From: Candidatus Binatia bacterium
GTDB taxonomy: Bacteria; Desulfobacterota; Binatia; UBA9968; CAXXLF01
Length of the DNA: 64,000 nt
Assembly: GCA_963664015.2 (NCBI GenBank)
Contig: CAXXLF010000001.1
Span: 64,001-128,000, forward strand
Reading direction: 5' to 3'
Shown here: in pieces, positions 18,345 to 28,382 of the stretch
Numbering within the stretch: position 1 is the stretch's first letter
Layout of the letters: every line of letters starts with the position of its first letter
Notes under the pieces: model-generated
Told to the model about the DNA's origin: nothing
Database searches by the model: none
Seen by the model: only the letters and a program-made list of their open reading frames with translations
Program-made: the position numbers and the translations under genes

Positions 18345-20576
18345 ATGAAGGAGCCAGCAGTGAAAAGTCAAATCGTTGGAATTTCCACTCCAAGAGTCGA
18401 AGGAGAACTGAAGGTTACGGGCAAAGCGGTCTACACGGTCGACAGGGTCCTACCCGACATGCTCTGGGGTAAGGTTCTAAGGAGCCCCATCCCCTACGGC
18501 TGTATCAAGCGAATTGACGTGAGCCGGGCGCGAAACCTGCCCGGGGTCAAGGCCATCGTTACGGCAGAGGACGCTCCAGGACGCAAGATCGGAAGACGAA
18601 TCTATGACATGCCGATCCTCGCCGAAAATGTCGTACGATTCATTGGAGAAAAGGTCGCCGCCGTTGCCGCAGAGACTGAGGATATAGCCGAACAAGCCGT
18701 CGATCTTATCGAAATCGAATATGAGGAAATGGATCCCGTACTCGACTCGATCCAGGCGATGGATCCTTCGACGCCGCTTATTCACCCGGATGTATTGAAC
18801 TACAAAGGTCGGCCCGGCAAGCTCGACGCCCCGAGCAACGCCTTTATTCAGCTTTCCTGGGGCAAGGGAAGCATTGAAGAGGGCTTCCAGCAGGCAGACA
18901 TCATCGTGGAGAACTCCTTCACGACCCCCATGGTACACCACGCTTACATCGAGCCGCACTCCTGCCTTGTCAAAACGAATACGGCCGGAGGTGCCGAGAT
19001 CTGGGCCTGCTGCAAAGCACCCTACGGCCTGCGCGACCAGATGGCCAATGCCTTTGATATTCCTACCGAGAAGTTCGTGTTGAACCCTTCATACATCGGC
19101 GGCGACTTCGGCGGTAAAGGCGATTTTATGGACGTCCCCGTTTGCTACCTCCTATCCAAGAAGGCGGGCCAGCCGGTCAAGATGGTCATGGACTACGAAG
19201 AGGAGTTAACCGCCGGCAATCCGCGCCACGCATCGATCATCAAGGTCAAGACCGGCGTCAAGCAAGACGGACAGATCGTCGCCCATTATATGGAATTTAT
19301 CTTCAACAGCGGCGCCTATGGTGCCTTCAAGCCCGTGGGTTTTCTAGGCGGCCCCCAGGAATCGGCCGGTCCTTACATGATTCCTCATGTGCTCATCGAA
19401 GAAAAGATGGTCTATACGAACCAGGTCCCCTGCGGGCACATGCGCTCGCCCGGTGACCCCCAGGATTTTTTCGCCAATGAGAGCCAGATGGACCTTATCG
19501 CCAAAAAGCTCGTCCTGGACCCCATTGCATTCAGAAAAAAGAATCTGATGCACGACGGCGACCTGTCCCCCACGGGCAAGGTTGTACCCTTTATCAAGGC
19601 CGAAGCGACCCTGGATAAGGCGCTCGAAGCCTCGGGCTATTACAAAACAAAACCGAAGAACGTCGGTCGAGGACTGGCCCTCACCCAATGGATGACCAAT
19701 GGGGGCAAGGGAACCGTAGCGCTTGATATCGACCAGGAAGGGATGGTGACCCTTTCCTCCGCTTTGGTCGACCAGGGTGGAGGAACCTTCACGGTGCTTT
19801 GTGAGGTCGTGGGGGAGGTGCTCGGCATCCCGGTGGAACAGATCAGGGTGCAGAGCCTGGACACGGGGCGGGGTATTGAAGACACGGGTATCGGCGGGAG
19901 CCGAGGGACCCGGGTCTTCGGCAACGCGGCCTATACGGCAGTTGCCAAGGCCGAAGAAGAGCTGAAAAACACCGCCGCGTCATTAATGGGGTTAAGTCCC
20001 GTGGATTTGCTCCTTGCCAAGGGGGCCGTCCAACATGCCAAAGGTAAGCGGCGTATGACCTACAGTGAGATCGTCAAGGCTAAGGGGGCACCGATCAGCG
20101 TTGTGGGCTCCTATGACGATACTGCCAAGGTCCCCGATGCCTCCATGTGTGTGCAGGTGGCGGAGGTGGAAGTGGACCAGGAGACCGGGGAAATCAAACT
20201 CAGGCGATTTACTTCAGCGCACAACACGGGGACGATTCTCAACCCGCTCATGCATCAGGGCCAGATCGAAGGCGGTATCGTGATGGGGTTGGGTTACTCC
20301 CTCATGGAACACCTCAGAGTCGAGGACGGCAAGGTTGCGACCACCCATTTTGGAGACTACAAAATTCCTACGATCCGCGATGTCCCGAACCTCAAGACCG
20401 CTATCCTTGAGGTACACCGCGGCTCCGGTCCTTATAACAGCATGAGCATCGGCGAGACCTCCAACATCCCGGTGGCCGCTGCCGTCGCCAATGCGGTGAA
20501 TGACGCCGTAGGAGTCAGGGTTAAATCACTCCCCATCGGCCCCGAAGAGGTCCTCGCGGCCATGAAACGATTCTGA
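18345..20576 (+). CDS. Xanthine dehydrogenase/aldehyde oxidase family molybdopterin-binding subunit
   Basis: KVTGKAVY, HAYIEPH, IGGDFGGK, GQIEGG..MGLG, GETSN motifs. Confidence 0.93.
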   Translation: MKEPAVKSQIVGISTPRVEGELKVTGKAVYTVDRVLPDMLWGKVLRSPIPYGCIKRIDVSRARNLPGVKAIVTAEDAPGRKIGRRIYDMPILAENVVRFIGEKVAAVAAETEDIAEQAVDLIEIEYEEMDPVLDSIQAMDPSTPLIHPDVLNYKGRPGKLDAPSNAFIQLSWGKGSIEEGFQQADIIVENSFTTPMVHHAYIEPHSCLVKTNTAGGAEIWACCKAPYGLRDQMANAFDIPTEKFVLNPSYIGGDFGGKGDFMDVPVCYLLSKKAGQPVKMVMDYEEELTAGNPRHASIIKVKTGVKQDGQIVAHYMEFIFNSGAYGAFKPVGFLGGPQESAGPYMIPHVLIEEKMVYTNQVPCGHMRSPGDPQDFFANESQMDLIAKKLVLDPIAFRKKNLMHDGDLSPTGKVVPFIKAEATLDKALEASGYYKTKPKNVGRGLALTQWMTNGGKGTVALDIDQEGMVTLSSALVDQGGGTFTVLCEVVGEVLGIPVEQIRVQSLDTGRGIEDTGIGGSRGTRVFGNAAYTAVAKAEEELKNTAASLMGLSPVDLLLAKGAVQHAKGKRRMTYSEIVKAKGAPISVVGSYDDTAKVPDASMCVQVAEVEVDQETGEIKLRRFTSAHNTGTILNPLMHQGQIEGGIVMGLGYSLMEHLRVEDGKVATTHFGDYKIPTIRDVPNLKTAILEVHRGSGPYNSMSIGETSNIPVAAAVANAVNDAVGVRVKSLPIGPEEVLAAMKRF

Positions 20577-20778
20577 GGAAATCGTTTTTACGACTCGCCC
20601 TCGCCCGGGGAATCCGAGTCACTCAAATTGACGGCCCCCTAAAGTCGGCCTTTTGCGTTCGAGCGTTTCGTGAATTGCCCCTTCCCCTACCACTCGATAG
20701 TGCCAGCAAAGCCCACTGGGTGGGTTGGATCGCACTTATTCGCTTATCCTCGCCTCAGATTTATGACAAAATACCAAC

Positions 20779-21288
20779 GTGACAGGCAATCAAGGTTTAT
20801 CCTATATTGACGAAAAGGGCAGGCAGCGCTGGCATGCCAATGATAAGATTGCCAACGATATAAAGCGCCTGGGTGATTACCTGATCATTTGCGGGTACGC
20901 CGAATCCCATGCCAAACGGTACGGAATACTGGCCTACACCATCTCCCGCTATCCCGAATCGGTTGTGCAATTACACAGGGAAAGGCACTTGAGTGATATC
21001 CCGGGTGTAGGCGCGACGATTGCAGGGATCATCGACGAGTTTCTTAAGACCGGAACCTGCGCCAAGATGGAAGAATGGGCCGTACGGGTTCCGAAAAGCG
21101 TCCTGGAGATTACCGCTATTCCAGGACTCGGGGCGAAAACCATTCGTACCCTTAGCCGGAAGTATCACATCAGGAGTCTTAGCGACCTGCAAAGGGCCTT
21201 GGACGAAGGCAAACTCGATGGGGTCAAGGGAATCGGCGTCAAGACCATCGACCGCATGCGCCAGCATATAGCCGAACATGAGAAATAA
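20779..21288 (+). CDS. Helix-hairpin-helix protein resembling only the N-terminal 8-kDa and fingers domains of family X DNA polymerase
   Basis: Three HhH motifs: IPGVGATIA, IPGLGAKT, VKGIGVKT; IDEFLKTG; no polymerase palm. Confidence 0.8.
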   Translation: MTGNQGLSYIDEKGRQRWHANDKIANDIKRLGDYLIICGYAESHAKRYGILAYTISRYPESVVQLHRERHLSDIPGVGATIAGIIDEFLKTGTCAKMEEWAVRVPKSVLEITAIPGLGAKTIRTLSRKYHIRSLSDLQRALDEGKLDGVKGIGVKTIDRMRQHIAEHEK

Positions 21289-21362
21289 ACGATCACGGCG
21301 ACTCTTGTAAACGAGCCGCCTCTGAGAATCGAGTACCTTTTCATCGATTTCAAACACACTGG

Positions 21363-21686
21363 ATGTGGACCATGCTCAATTATCCCATGCTCTTCAAGCT
21401 TACGGATCATGGGGTACAATTGAGGAGGGAGTTTCCGGACAAGATTGACTCGCTTAAAAAGATTTATCGCGACGCGGGTGTAGAGATGAAATCGGCTTAC
21501 CATTCGACGGGTCCTTTTGAAAGGTTGCAGATCGTTGAAGTTCCTGAGGACTCCGCCATCGCCAAGCTCGTCCTGATTCTAGAGTCCGATGGCTTTATCC
21601 GGGTCCAGACCCGCCGTCTCTACACTGTTGAGGAATATAGGGAAATGGTCGCCGAATTACCTAGAGCCAATATCGAGCCATTCTGA
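21363..21686 (+). CDS. GYD-domain-like small protein (signature degenerate)
   Basis: Y-x-MLFKLTD-x-G, TGPFE in place of GxYD, VQTRRLYTVEEY; likely start ATG 21372. Confidence 0.65.
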   Translation: MWTMLNYPMLFKLTDHGVQLRREFPDKIDSLKKIYRDAGVEMKSAYHSTGPFERLQIVEVPEDSAIAKLVLILESDGFIRVQTRRLYTVEEYREMVAELPRANIEPF

Positions 21687-21748
21687 TTAGAAACAAGGCG
21701 GATGTTGGACCCCAAAGGGGTAAGCTTATGACGTAGACGGCAGACGGT

Positions 21749-22345
21749 TTAACCAACTGTTTTAAAGAGTGCCATCAGAAGCCGGTGGGTCGGAAAACAG
21801 ATCAGTATCGGATAAATGATCATGAGGGTGACCAGATAGAGTGAGGCCGGCATCCACTGCTGGGGTACGTCGATCACCCCAAAAACCCAATTGATATTTT
21901 GTCTGGGCTGGGTCACCGCATAAGTGAGCGGGACCAGGATCCAGCCCAAAAGGACCTGATACTTCCAGGCTCGAGGATCATAGCCAAGCTTGCCGAGAGC
22001 CCAGAGCTGAACCACCGGCAGAGCAACGTGAAAGAGAGACAAGGCCCGAATAAAAACAGAAATCTCGGGATTGAACATATAGCCTACCAACCCAACCGAT
22101 CCGGTTTGCCGAATCAGCTTGGTAAAAAAGATCAGGCTCCAGATGATATCAGTGATCAAGACACCGGTCGTCATCATGCCGACGAGGAAGGGGCTTTCGA
22201 GCCAGAGGGCCGCCAGGGTCACGATAAGCGCTATATCAGATATCCAGAGAAGATTCGTCGGGCCGTATCGTATCCAATAGACTGGTACGAATACTATCAC
22301 AAAGAGCGTATAGGGGAGCTTGATCCAGAGAGAAATGGACTCCAT
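21749..22345 (-). CDS. Integral membrane protein
   Basis: About six TM segments; YGPTNLLWISDIAL, RALSLFHV, NINWVFG, PTH motifs. Confidence 0.8.
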   Translation of the reverse strand: MESISLWIKLPYTLFVIVFVPVYWIRYGPTNLLWISDIALIVTLAALWLESPFLVGMMTTGVLITDIIWSLIFFTKLIRQTGSVGLVGYMFNPEISVFIRALSLFHVALPVVQLWALGKLGYDPRAWKYQVLLGWILVPLTYAVTQPRQNINWVFGVIDVPQQWMPASLYLVTLMIIYPILICFPTHRLLMALFKTVG

Positions 22346-22688
22346 GTTACATACCGCTAATCACGAAGTTATTAGAGTATACTTCCACTGGTCCTCCCTG
22401 GCGTCAAGGAGATTTTTGACTTGCCAAGAAGAGCAGAGCCCAGTCGGTAGCAAAAACCGCCCCTAACTGTCAGCTATCAGGGGATATTTAAAGGGAAGCA
22501 CCGAGAACCCAAGGCAACCTTCCGGTGCGTGGGCTTGACACCTTCCCGTGATAAGCGGTAAGCGAAAGCAAGAAACTCTAACCTAAATTCAACCGGAGGG
22601 AACCGATGAGCCTAGGGAAACCCGAATCCTGTCCTTTGCTAAAGACATTTATACAAAGGCCGAGCTGGCAGAGGCACCATGAGGGCAC

Positions 22689-23414
22689 ATGCAATTCCGG
22701 CTGATGACATACAATATCCATAAGGGAATTGGGGGAGTGGACCGGCGATATCATCTAAAGCGGATCATCGAAACCGTGGCCCAATGCGAACCGGATATCG
22801 TTCTGTTGCAAGAAGTGGCAGCCGCAGTCCCCCGATGGCGCCATCACGAGCAGGTTCATTTAATCGGAGACGCGCTGGACTTCCCCCATCGGGCCTTCCA
22901 GCCCAATGCCCAGCTACGCAAAGGACATTACGGAAATGCCATCCTCAGCCGCTTTCCGTTATCCGAAATTCAGGATATCGAGCTCACTGTGCCGCTCAAG
23001 AAAAGGCGTCGCGCCCTGGCTGCACGCTGTCATCTCCGAGTTGGCTCCCGCACGCAGACATTGGCCATTTTCAATTTTCATCTAGGGCTTGCCGCCTATG
23101 AACGAACCATTCAGATCCGGCGGTTCCTCTCCAGCCAGGCGTTGACCCACACTCGCACCACCACTCCGGTGGTAGCGGCTGGGGATTTCAACGATATGTG
23201 GGAAACCCTAGGGAAGCGCCTTTTGGAAACCGCAGGGTTTACCCTCGCATCGGGACGATTGAAAACTTTTCCCGCGTTCCGACCCATTCGCCGCTTGGAC
23301 CAGATTTATTTTAGAGGCAATCTGCAGGTACTGAACTCTTTTCACCCGCAGAGTCTGGTCGCAAGGAGGGCATCGGATCATCTACCCATGGTTTCCGACT
23401 TCCAGATCCTTTAA
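22689..23414 (+). CDS. Endonuclease/exonuclease/phosphatase family protein
   Basis: MTYNIHKG, LLQEV, GNAILSRFP, AGDFN, LDQIY, SDHLP motifs. Confidence 0.93.
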   Translation: MQFRLMTYNIHKGIGGVDRRYHLKRIIETVAQCEPDIVLLQEVAAAVPRWRHHEQVHLIGDALDFPHRAFQPNAQLRKGHYGNAILSRFPLSEIQDIELTVPLKKRRRALAARCHLRVGSRTQTLAIFNFHLGLAAYERTIQIRRFLSSQALTHTRTTTPVVAAGDFNDMWETLGKRLLETAGFTLASGRLKTFPAFRPIRRLDQIYFRGNLQVLNSFHPQSLVARRASDHLPMVSDFQIL

Positions 23415-23475
23415 TTGATCCGGGTAACGAGAAGGGGAAATAGCGTAGCTCCGATTGTCCCGCTGGACAAGGGCC

Positions 23476-25395
23476 TCACTGACGCCGGGGCTCGGACTCT
23501 TGTTGCAGGGATTCAAGCTCGGACCAACGCTCAATGGCCTGATCGAGTTCGCCCTTTTTTGCCAACAATTGGTTGAGGATGGGTTGGACCTTCTCGTAAG
23601 GTTGAGAGTAGAAGTCCGGGTGGGCGCTCTGTTCTTCCAGGCCTGCGACCTCTTTCTCGAAAACGTCAATCCGTTCCGGGAGCTGTTCAAGCTCCCGTTT
23701 CAGCTTATAACTGAGCTTTTTCACCTGGGACACCATCTCATCCGGGGAATCCACTTGGGTGCTTTTGGCTCGGCGCCGGGTGTGCCCGGAATCGTCCCTT
23801 TCAGTGAGCGATATGCCCTGTCTCAGCCAGTCGCTGTATCCACCCACATAGGGTTGAACCTTTCCTGAATCTTCAAAAACGAGTGTGCTTGTCACCGTAT
23901 TGTCGAGAAACCTACGATCGTGGCTGACAACAATTAGCGTACCTTTGTATTCGGACAAGCGTTCTTCGAAAACCTCCAGGGTCTCAATGTCCAGGTCGTT
24001 GGTTGGTTCGTCCAGTACCAGTAAATTGGTAGGCCGCGTAAAGAGTTTTGCCAGAAGGATCCGATTGCACTCACCGCCGGAGAGGGCTCCAACCGGAGTT
24101 ATGGCCCGTTTGTAACTGAATAAAAAGCCTCTCAAATAGCCAATAACGTGTTGATCCTTACCGTTTACCGTAATGAATTCCCGTCCTTCACCAACGGTCT
24201 GAGCAACGGTCTTGTGGGGCTCCAGTTGTCCGCGCAGCTGGTCAAAATACCCGATCTCTAAATGGGTGCCCCATTCGACGGTCCCTTTATCGGGCACCAA
24301 CTCTCCCAATATGATACGAAGCAATGTGCTCTTGCCGATACCGTTGTTTCCGAGTAGCCCGATACGATCGCCCCGCGTAATTTTAAACGATAGACCCTGG
24401 ATCAAGGGCTGATCATTGTAGCTGTGACTGATCTTGCGAAGCTCTATCACTTTGCGCTCAGACCGTTCCGCTTCTCCCACTTGGATGCGCGGTTTGCTCT
24501 CCGGCTTGACCCGCTGGGCGTATTCCTCGCGCATGGCCACCAGGGCGCGAACGCGGCCCTCGTTGCGAGTCCGGCGTGCCTTGATTCCCCGCCGTATCCA
24601 GGCCTCCTCCTGTGCGAGTTTCTTATCGAACAGCGCTTCATGACGGGCCTCGTCCTCCAGAGCCTTCTCCTTACGTTCCAAGAAGTTTGCATAGTCTCCC
24701 GGCCAACTTGTTAGCCGACCCCGATCCAGCTCGACAATGCGGGTAGCGAGTCTCTGTAGAAACGCCCGATCATGGGTGATGAACAAAACACTTCCCGAAA
24801 ACTCACTGACCTTGTTCTCCAACCACTGAATGGTACTCAGATCGAGGTGGTTGGTGGGCTCGTCGAGGAGTAATAGGTCCGGGCTGCAAACCAGCGCCTT
24901 GGCCAGAGCCACTCGACGACGCCACCCACCGGATAGTTCCCTGATCTTGCGTTCCGCCGGAAGGCTAAGCTCTGCCATTGTGGTCCTCACGCGATGATCG
25001 AGATCCCACCCTCCCTCCGCTTCGATTCGCTGGTGTAGGCGTTGCAACTCCAGCAGACCGGGTTTATCCAGTTTCTCATTGGAACGACCCTGATAGAGAT
25101 CGATCAGCTTCTGAAGCCCGGCTAGACCGGTGGCTACAAGCTCTTCCACGGTCTCATCAAGCTCACGGGGCAGGGTTTGTTCCAGCTGGCTGATACGAAT
25201 GCCTGTCTCACACCGCACCTCGCCTCGATCGGGCTGATACTCACCGCTTATCAATCGCAGCATCGAGGTCTTTCCCGTACCGTTACGGCCGATCAGACAA
25301 ACCCGCTCACCCCCCTCGATGACGAATTGGGCCCGGGTCAGTAGTTTTTGATCGCCAAACTCCAGCGATACATCTTCAAAGCGTACTAGGGACAT
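23476..25395 (-). CDS. uup: ABC-F family ATPase, Uup-like
   Basis: Two NBDs (GRNGTGKT, LSGGW, LDEPTN; GNNGIGKS, LSGGE); EEAWIRRGIKARRTRNEGRVRAL linker; KLSYK coiled-coil tail. Confidence 0.9.
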   Translation of the reverse strand: MSLVRFEDVSLEFGDQKLLTRAQFVIEGGERVCLIGRNGTGKTSMLRLISGEYQPDRGEVRCETGIRISQLEQTLPRELDETVEELVATGLAGLQKLIDLYQGRSNEKLDKPGLLELQRLHQRIEAEGGWDLDHRVRTTMAELSLPAERKIRELSGGWRRRVALAKALVCSPDLLLLDEPTNHLDLSTIQWLENKVSEFSGSVLFITHDRAFLQRLATRIVELDRGRLTSWPGDYANFLERKEKALEDEARHEALFDKKLAQEEAWIRRGIKARRTRNEGRVRALVAMREEYAQRVKPESKPRIQVGEAERSERKVIELRKISHSYNDQPLIQGLSFKITRGDRIGLLGNNGIGKSTLLRIILGELVPDKGTVEWGTHLEIGYFDQLRGQLEPHKTVAQTVGEGREFITVNGKDQHVIGYLRGFLFSYKRAITPVGALSGGECNRILLAKLFTRPTNLLVLDEPTNDLDIETLEVFEERLSEYKGTLIVVSHDRRFLDNTVTSTLVFEDSGKVQPYVGGYSDWLRQGISLTERDDSGHTRRRAKSTQVDSPDEMVSQVKKLSYKLKRELEQLPERIDVFEKEVAGLEEQSAHPDFYSQPYEKVQPILNQLLAKKGELDQAIERWSELESLQQESEPRRQ

Positions 25396-25489
25396 ATGTT
25401 ACGGGAGAACCCTCGGTAAAGATTCCTATTGGAGATTACAGGTTAGCGAAACTACAGGCAACAGGCGAAAATTCGCTGGTAAGCTAGAC

Positions 25490-25800
25490 CTATCGACGGC
25501 CATCGTACCAAAAGGTACAAAAACGCCAATCTCGAATGGACCGGCGCGGATACCTGAGTATCCCCAGCAAGACCCTGAAAAGTTCGCCACGAGTATATGG
25601 CTTTACCTTCCAACCCGAGGTGAGGAGCGGGTGGCGGTCTAATAAGACTAAGTCGCAACCCTTTTTTCGAGTCCAGCGTTTCAGGCACCCGCTGAAGTCG
25701 ATTTCCTCAGCGGCAAAATCTTCCAGGCTAAAACTTCCGAAGAAGCCACGAAAGGCTGTTTGCATTCATCACCGCAAGTTTTCGCCGGTCACCCGAAGCT
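25490..25800 (-). pseudogene. Decayed C-terminal fragment of a glycosyltransferase family 2 gene
   Basis: FS..FAAEEIDFS..LKRW...HPLLTSG-x-K...FWYDGRR; upstream sequence is broken. Confidence 0.55.
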
Positions 25801-26306
25801 CCCGTGATTAAACTGGGATAGGGGATCTACGGGAAGAGTGCCTTCTACCACGCATAGGGGCCCTTACACGCCTTCAATACCTGCAATACCTGGGTTGCCA
25901 GAGTGGTTCACTCGACGGGATATCCAATCTCAACCGCCACAATCAGCGTCAGGGGTATCATGTCTCAGCTGGAGCCGAGCACTAAGGAAGAGATACCCTG
26001 CTACTCAGTCCGTTAGCCTTGTGCCGTTTTTATTCAGACATCGCTCCGATCCTACTACCCATGCTCCCCGATCAACTGTACTAGGTTAAGCAGCCAGTGA
26101 AAAGAAGAGGGTTCACCATCTTCCTCACAAGTGGTAGAATGATCGATACTAAAGATTAAGGACTAACCGGGAGGATCCATGCATCACGGTAAAGTAAGCA
26201 AAGAAATCGCTACCGGCACCGAAGTTGAGAAACTGGATCAGATCCTGAAACGTTAAAACCGGCATTATCAGCCGAATGGAGAATAAACACTTGGGGAGGT
26301 TATTGG

Positions 26307-26840
26307 ATGATTCTTAATGAGCAACTTGCAAAATCAATGTCCAGCCAATTCGTAACCCTGATCCTGGATAACGAGGTGACCGTCGGATATTTTGTGGCTG
26401 AGCCGCCGTTCCCGTGGACCCGTGTCGTCCAGCTGGGCGGACCCTACCAGGCCGTCGCAGACGCTCCAGTTCCATTAACCGCCGGGCAAACCAAGATCGA
26501 GATGAAAATCTGGGACGAGGTTTTACTCCAGGGAATCATGGATACATTGAAGGATCTAAATGGCTCCGTGGACTATGCACTGATCGGAAACAATGCAGGG
26601 CAGGGGATTCCACTCGCACGATGTCTGGATCAGAGCATCAAATCCGATCGGGCCGCCGTCATCTACGGAACGAATCTGCCGGAACAAAGAGAATACGAGC
26701 AGATGGGTTATCGAACCTTTTTCCCCAGGGCAGAGTCCGTGCCGCGCCTGCTCCAACTGGCGCAAGGGGCCGGCCGACCGTTGGCGCTATACTTCATCAA
26801 TACCATACAACACAACGAGTCCAACTATCACGATCCTTAA
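26307..26840 (+). CDS. Hypothetical protein
   Basis: 177 aa ORF with RBS GGAGG and coding-like composition; no recognised family. Confidence 0.7.
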   Translation: MILNEQLAKSMSSQFVTLILDNEVTVGYFVAEPPFPWTRVVQLGGPYQAVADAPVPLTAGQTKIEMKIWDEVLLQGIMDTLKDLNGSVDYALIGNNAGQGIPLARCLDQSIKSDRAAVIYGTNLPEQREYEQMGYRTFFPRAESVPRLLQLAQGAGRPLALYFINTIQHNESNYHDP

Positions 26841-26898
26841 ACCAACGGAAGACACCTGCGGCAAAGGGGTAACGCAAATAGGATTGTCTACAAGGGAA

Positions 26899-27251
26899 CT
26901 AGCGGTTTACCGGTAGCTTGCGATCGTTACACTCAACCATTCCCCCTTTGAGGTTCGAGACCCGCCCGAAACCCAGACCCGTGAGAATTGCCGGCCCCGT
27001 CGTGCTGCGTGCACCCGCACGACAGACAACGACAAACTGCCTATCCCTGTGGGGGGCCAGTTCACCGGCGCGGCTAGGAAGTTCCTTCAGAGGTAGGAGC
27101 AGGCTGTTGCTGATATGCCCGAGCTCTCCCGAATACTCCTCTGATTCACGCACGTCGACAACCAGAGGGGTCGGCCCCCTTCAGTGCGAGACGTTTCACA
27201 TCCGATTAGGTAGATTTTACATTGGGAACGATTGATCTCGTGGAAAAACAT
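26899..27251 (-). pseudogene. MBL-fold (persulfide dioxygenase-like)-rhodanese fusion with a large internal deletion
   Basis: N-terminus MFFHEINRSQCKIYLIGCETSR joined out of frame to a rhodanese C-terminus VVDVRE..E..GHI...VCRAGARS...NLKGGM. Confidence 0.7.
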
Positions 27252-27369
27252 ACCCCTACACCAAAGGTTGATGTGCGAAGTTAATGGGGCACTTGATTTT
27301 ATCCACGGAGGCCATGAACGTCAAATCATTTTCATGAGTTCACGTCAGATGCACTCACGGGCGTTTTTT

Positions 27370-28161
27370 CTAATCCCCACCAACGTCATCCGGCAGGCCG
27401 ATATTGTTGGCCTGGAGCAGCTTCACGTAATGATTCCAACCGAAGTTCTCGACTCCCTCCAGCTTTGCCCTCCAACCGCCCCGCTGTCCTTCGGATCTGC
27501 CTTTGCGATCATACCGGGCCATGTCTTCATCGGAAATATTCAGCGCTTTCCGTCCCGATAGGGCGATCTCCCACATGATCCTGGAAACCCGGTCAAAGCG
27601 AATGGCCAATTGTGTTGCTTGCTGCACCGAAGGACCGGTGACGGTGATGCCGTGCCCGCGCATCAACAAGACGTCACGTTGGCCCATGGACTCGAGCATG
27701 TCGGCCGCCAGTTCCTTATTTATAACGGTCACGGCTCGTGGAAAAATCGGAACTCCCTTTTGGATGATATCGAGAGACGACGGGTCGTAAGCCGCGAACA
27801 CAGGCTTGAACTCCATGTGGGTTACACCGCACAAGAGGGCGTAATAGGGGTGAGCATGGACGACCGCCTGGACTTCCGGGTGGGCCCGGTAAATCTCGCC
27901 GTGTATCGGGGTCTCGTTAGGCGAGGCGTGTTTGTCCCCTACGCCAGCTCCCTTACCATCGAAATCCGTGCGCCGGATATTGTGCAAGCCGGTGAACGTA
28001 AGGCCGCACTCGTCCCCACCGCGGCACCGCATCCACATCTCGTCGGTACCCGGTATCCGTGCGCTCACGTGTCCCGTGGACTCGTTTACAAGCCCGAGCA
28101 TCCCCAGGATCCGGCAAGATATCGCTACATTCTTCCTAATCTCTTCGATTCCGCTGCTCAT
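27370..28161 (-). CDS. Class II aldolase/adducin family protein (paralog of 155-910)
   Basis: ISCRILG, TGHVSARIP, ETPIHGEIY, VVHAHP, MRGHG; start MSSGIEE after RBS AAGGAG. Confidence 0.9.
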   Translation of the reverse strand: MSSGIEEIRKNVAISCRILGMLGLVNESTGHVSARIPGTDEMWMRCRGGDECGLTFTGLHNIRRTDFDGKGAGVGDKHASPNETPIHGEIYRAHPEVQAVVHAHPYYALLCGVTHMEFKPVFAAYDPSSLDIIQKGVPIFPRAVTVINKELAADMLESMGQRDVLLMRGHGITVTGPSVQQATQLAIRFDRVSRIMWEIALSGRKALNISDEDMARYDRKGRSEGQRGGWRAKLEGVENFGWNHYVKLLQANNIGLPDDVGGD

Positions 28162-28285
28162 GGTTTCTCCTTCGTCCATATCAACAATATGAGGTATCCC
28201 AATGACTATCCCACCAAAAAGGGCTTGTCCATGGCTTCCTAAGGGGGGGGGGACTATTTCGACCATTTCATCTTGCGAATGTGTA

Positions 28286-28315
28286 TTGACAAGCAGACAG
28301 GTCCCGAACTATAAA
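28286..28315 (+). promoter_or_regulatory. Putative sigma70 promoter
   Basis: TTGACA, 18 nt spacer, TATAAA upstream of the amidohydrolase. Confidence 0.5.
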
Positions 28316-28382
28316 TCGTCAAATCGGGAGAAACAGTTTAAATCGGATCTGCCTCGGCCGTGAGGGTAGGGAAGGATAACTT

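Noticed and set aside
22350-22688. Possible riboswitch or leader peptide upstream of the EEP gene
   Set aside because: Has an RBS-like GGAGG and a short ORF, but no riboswitch consensus or convincing fold that I could recognise.
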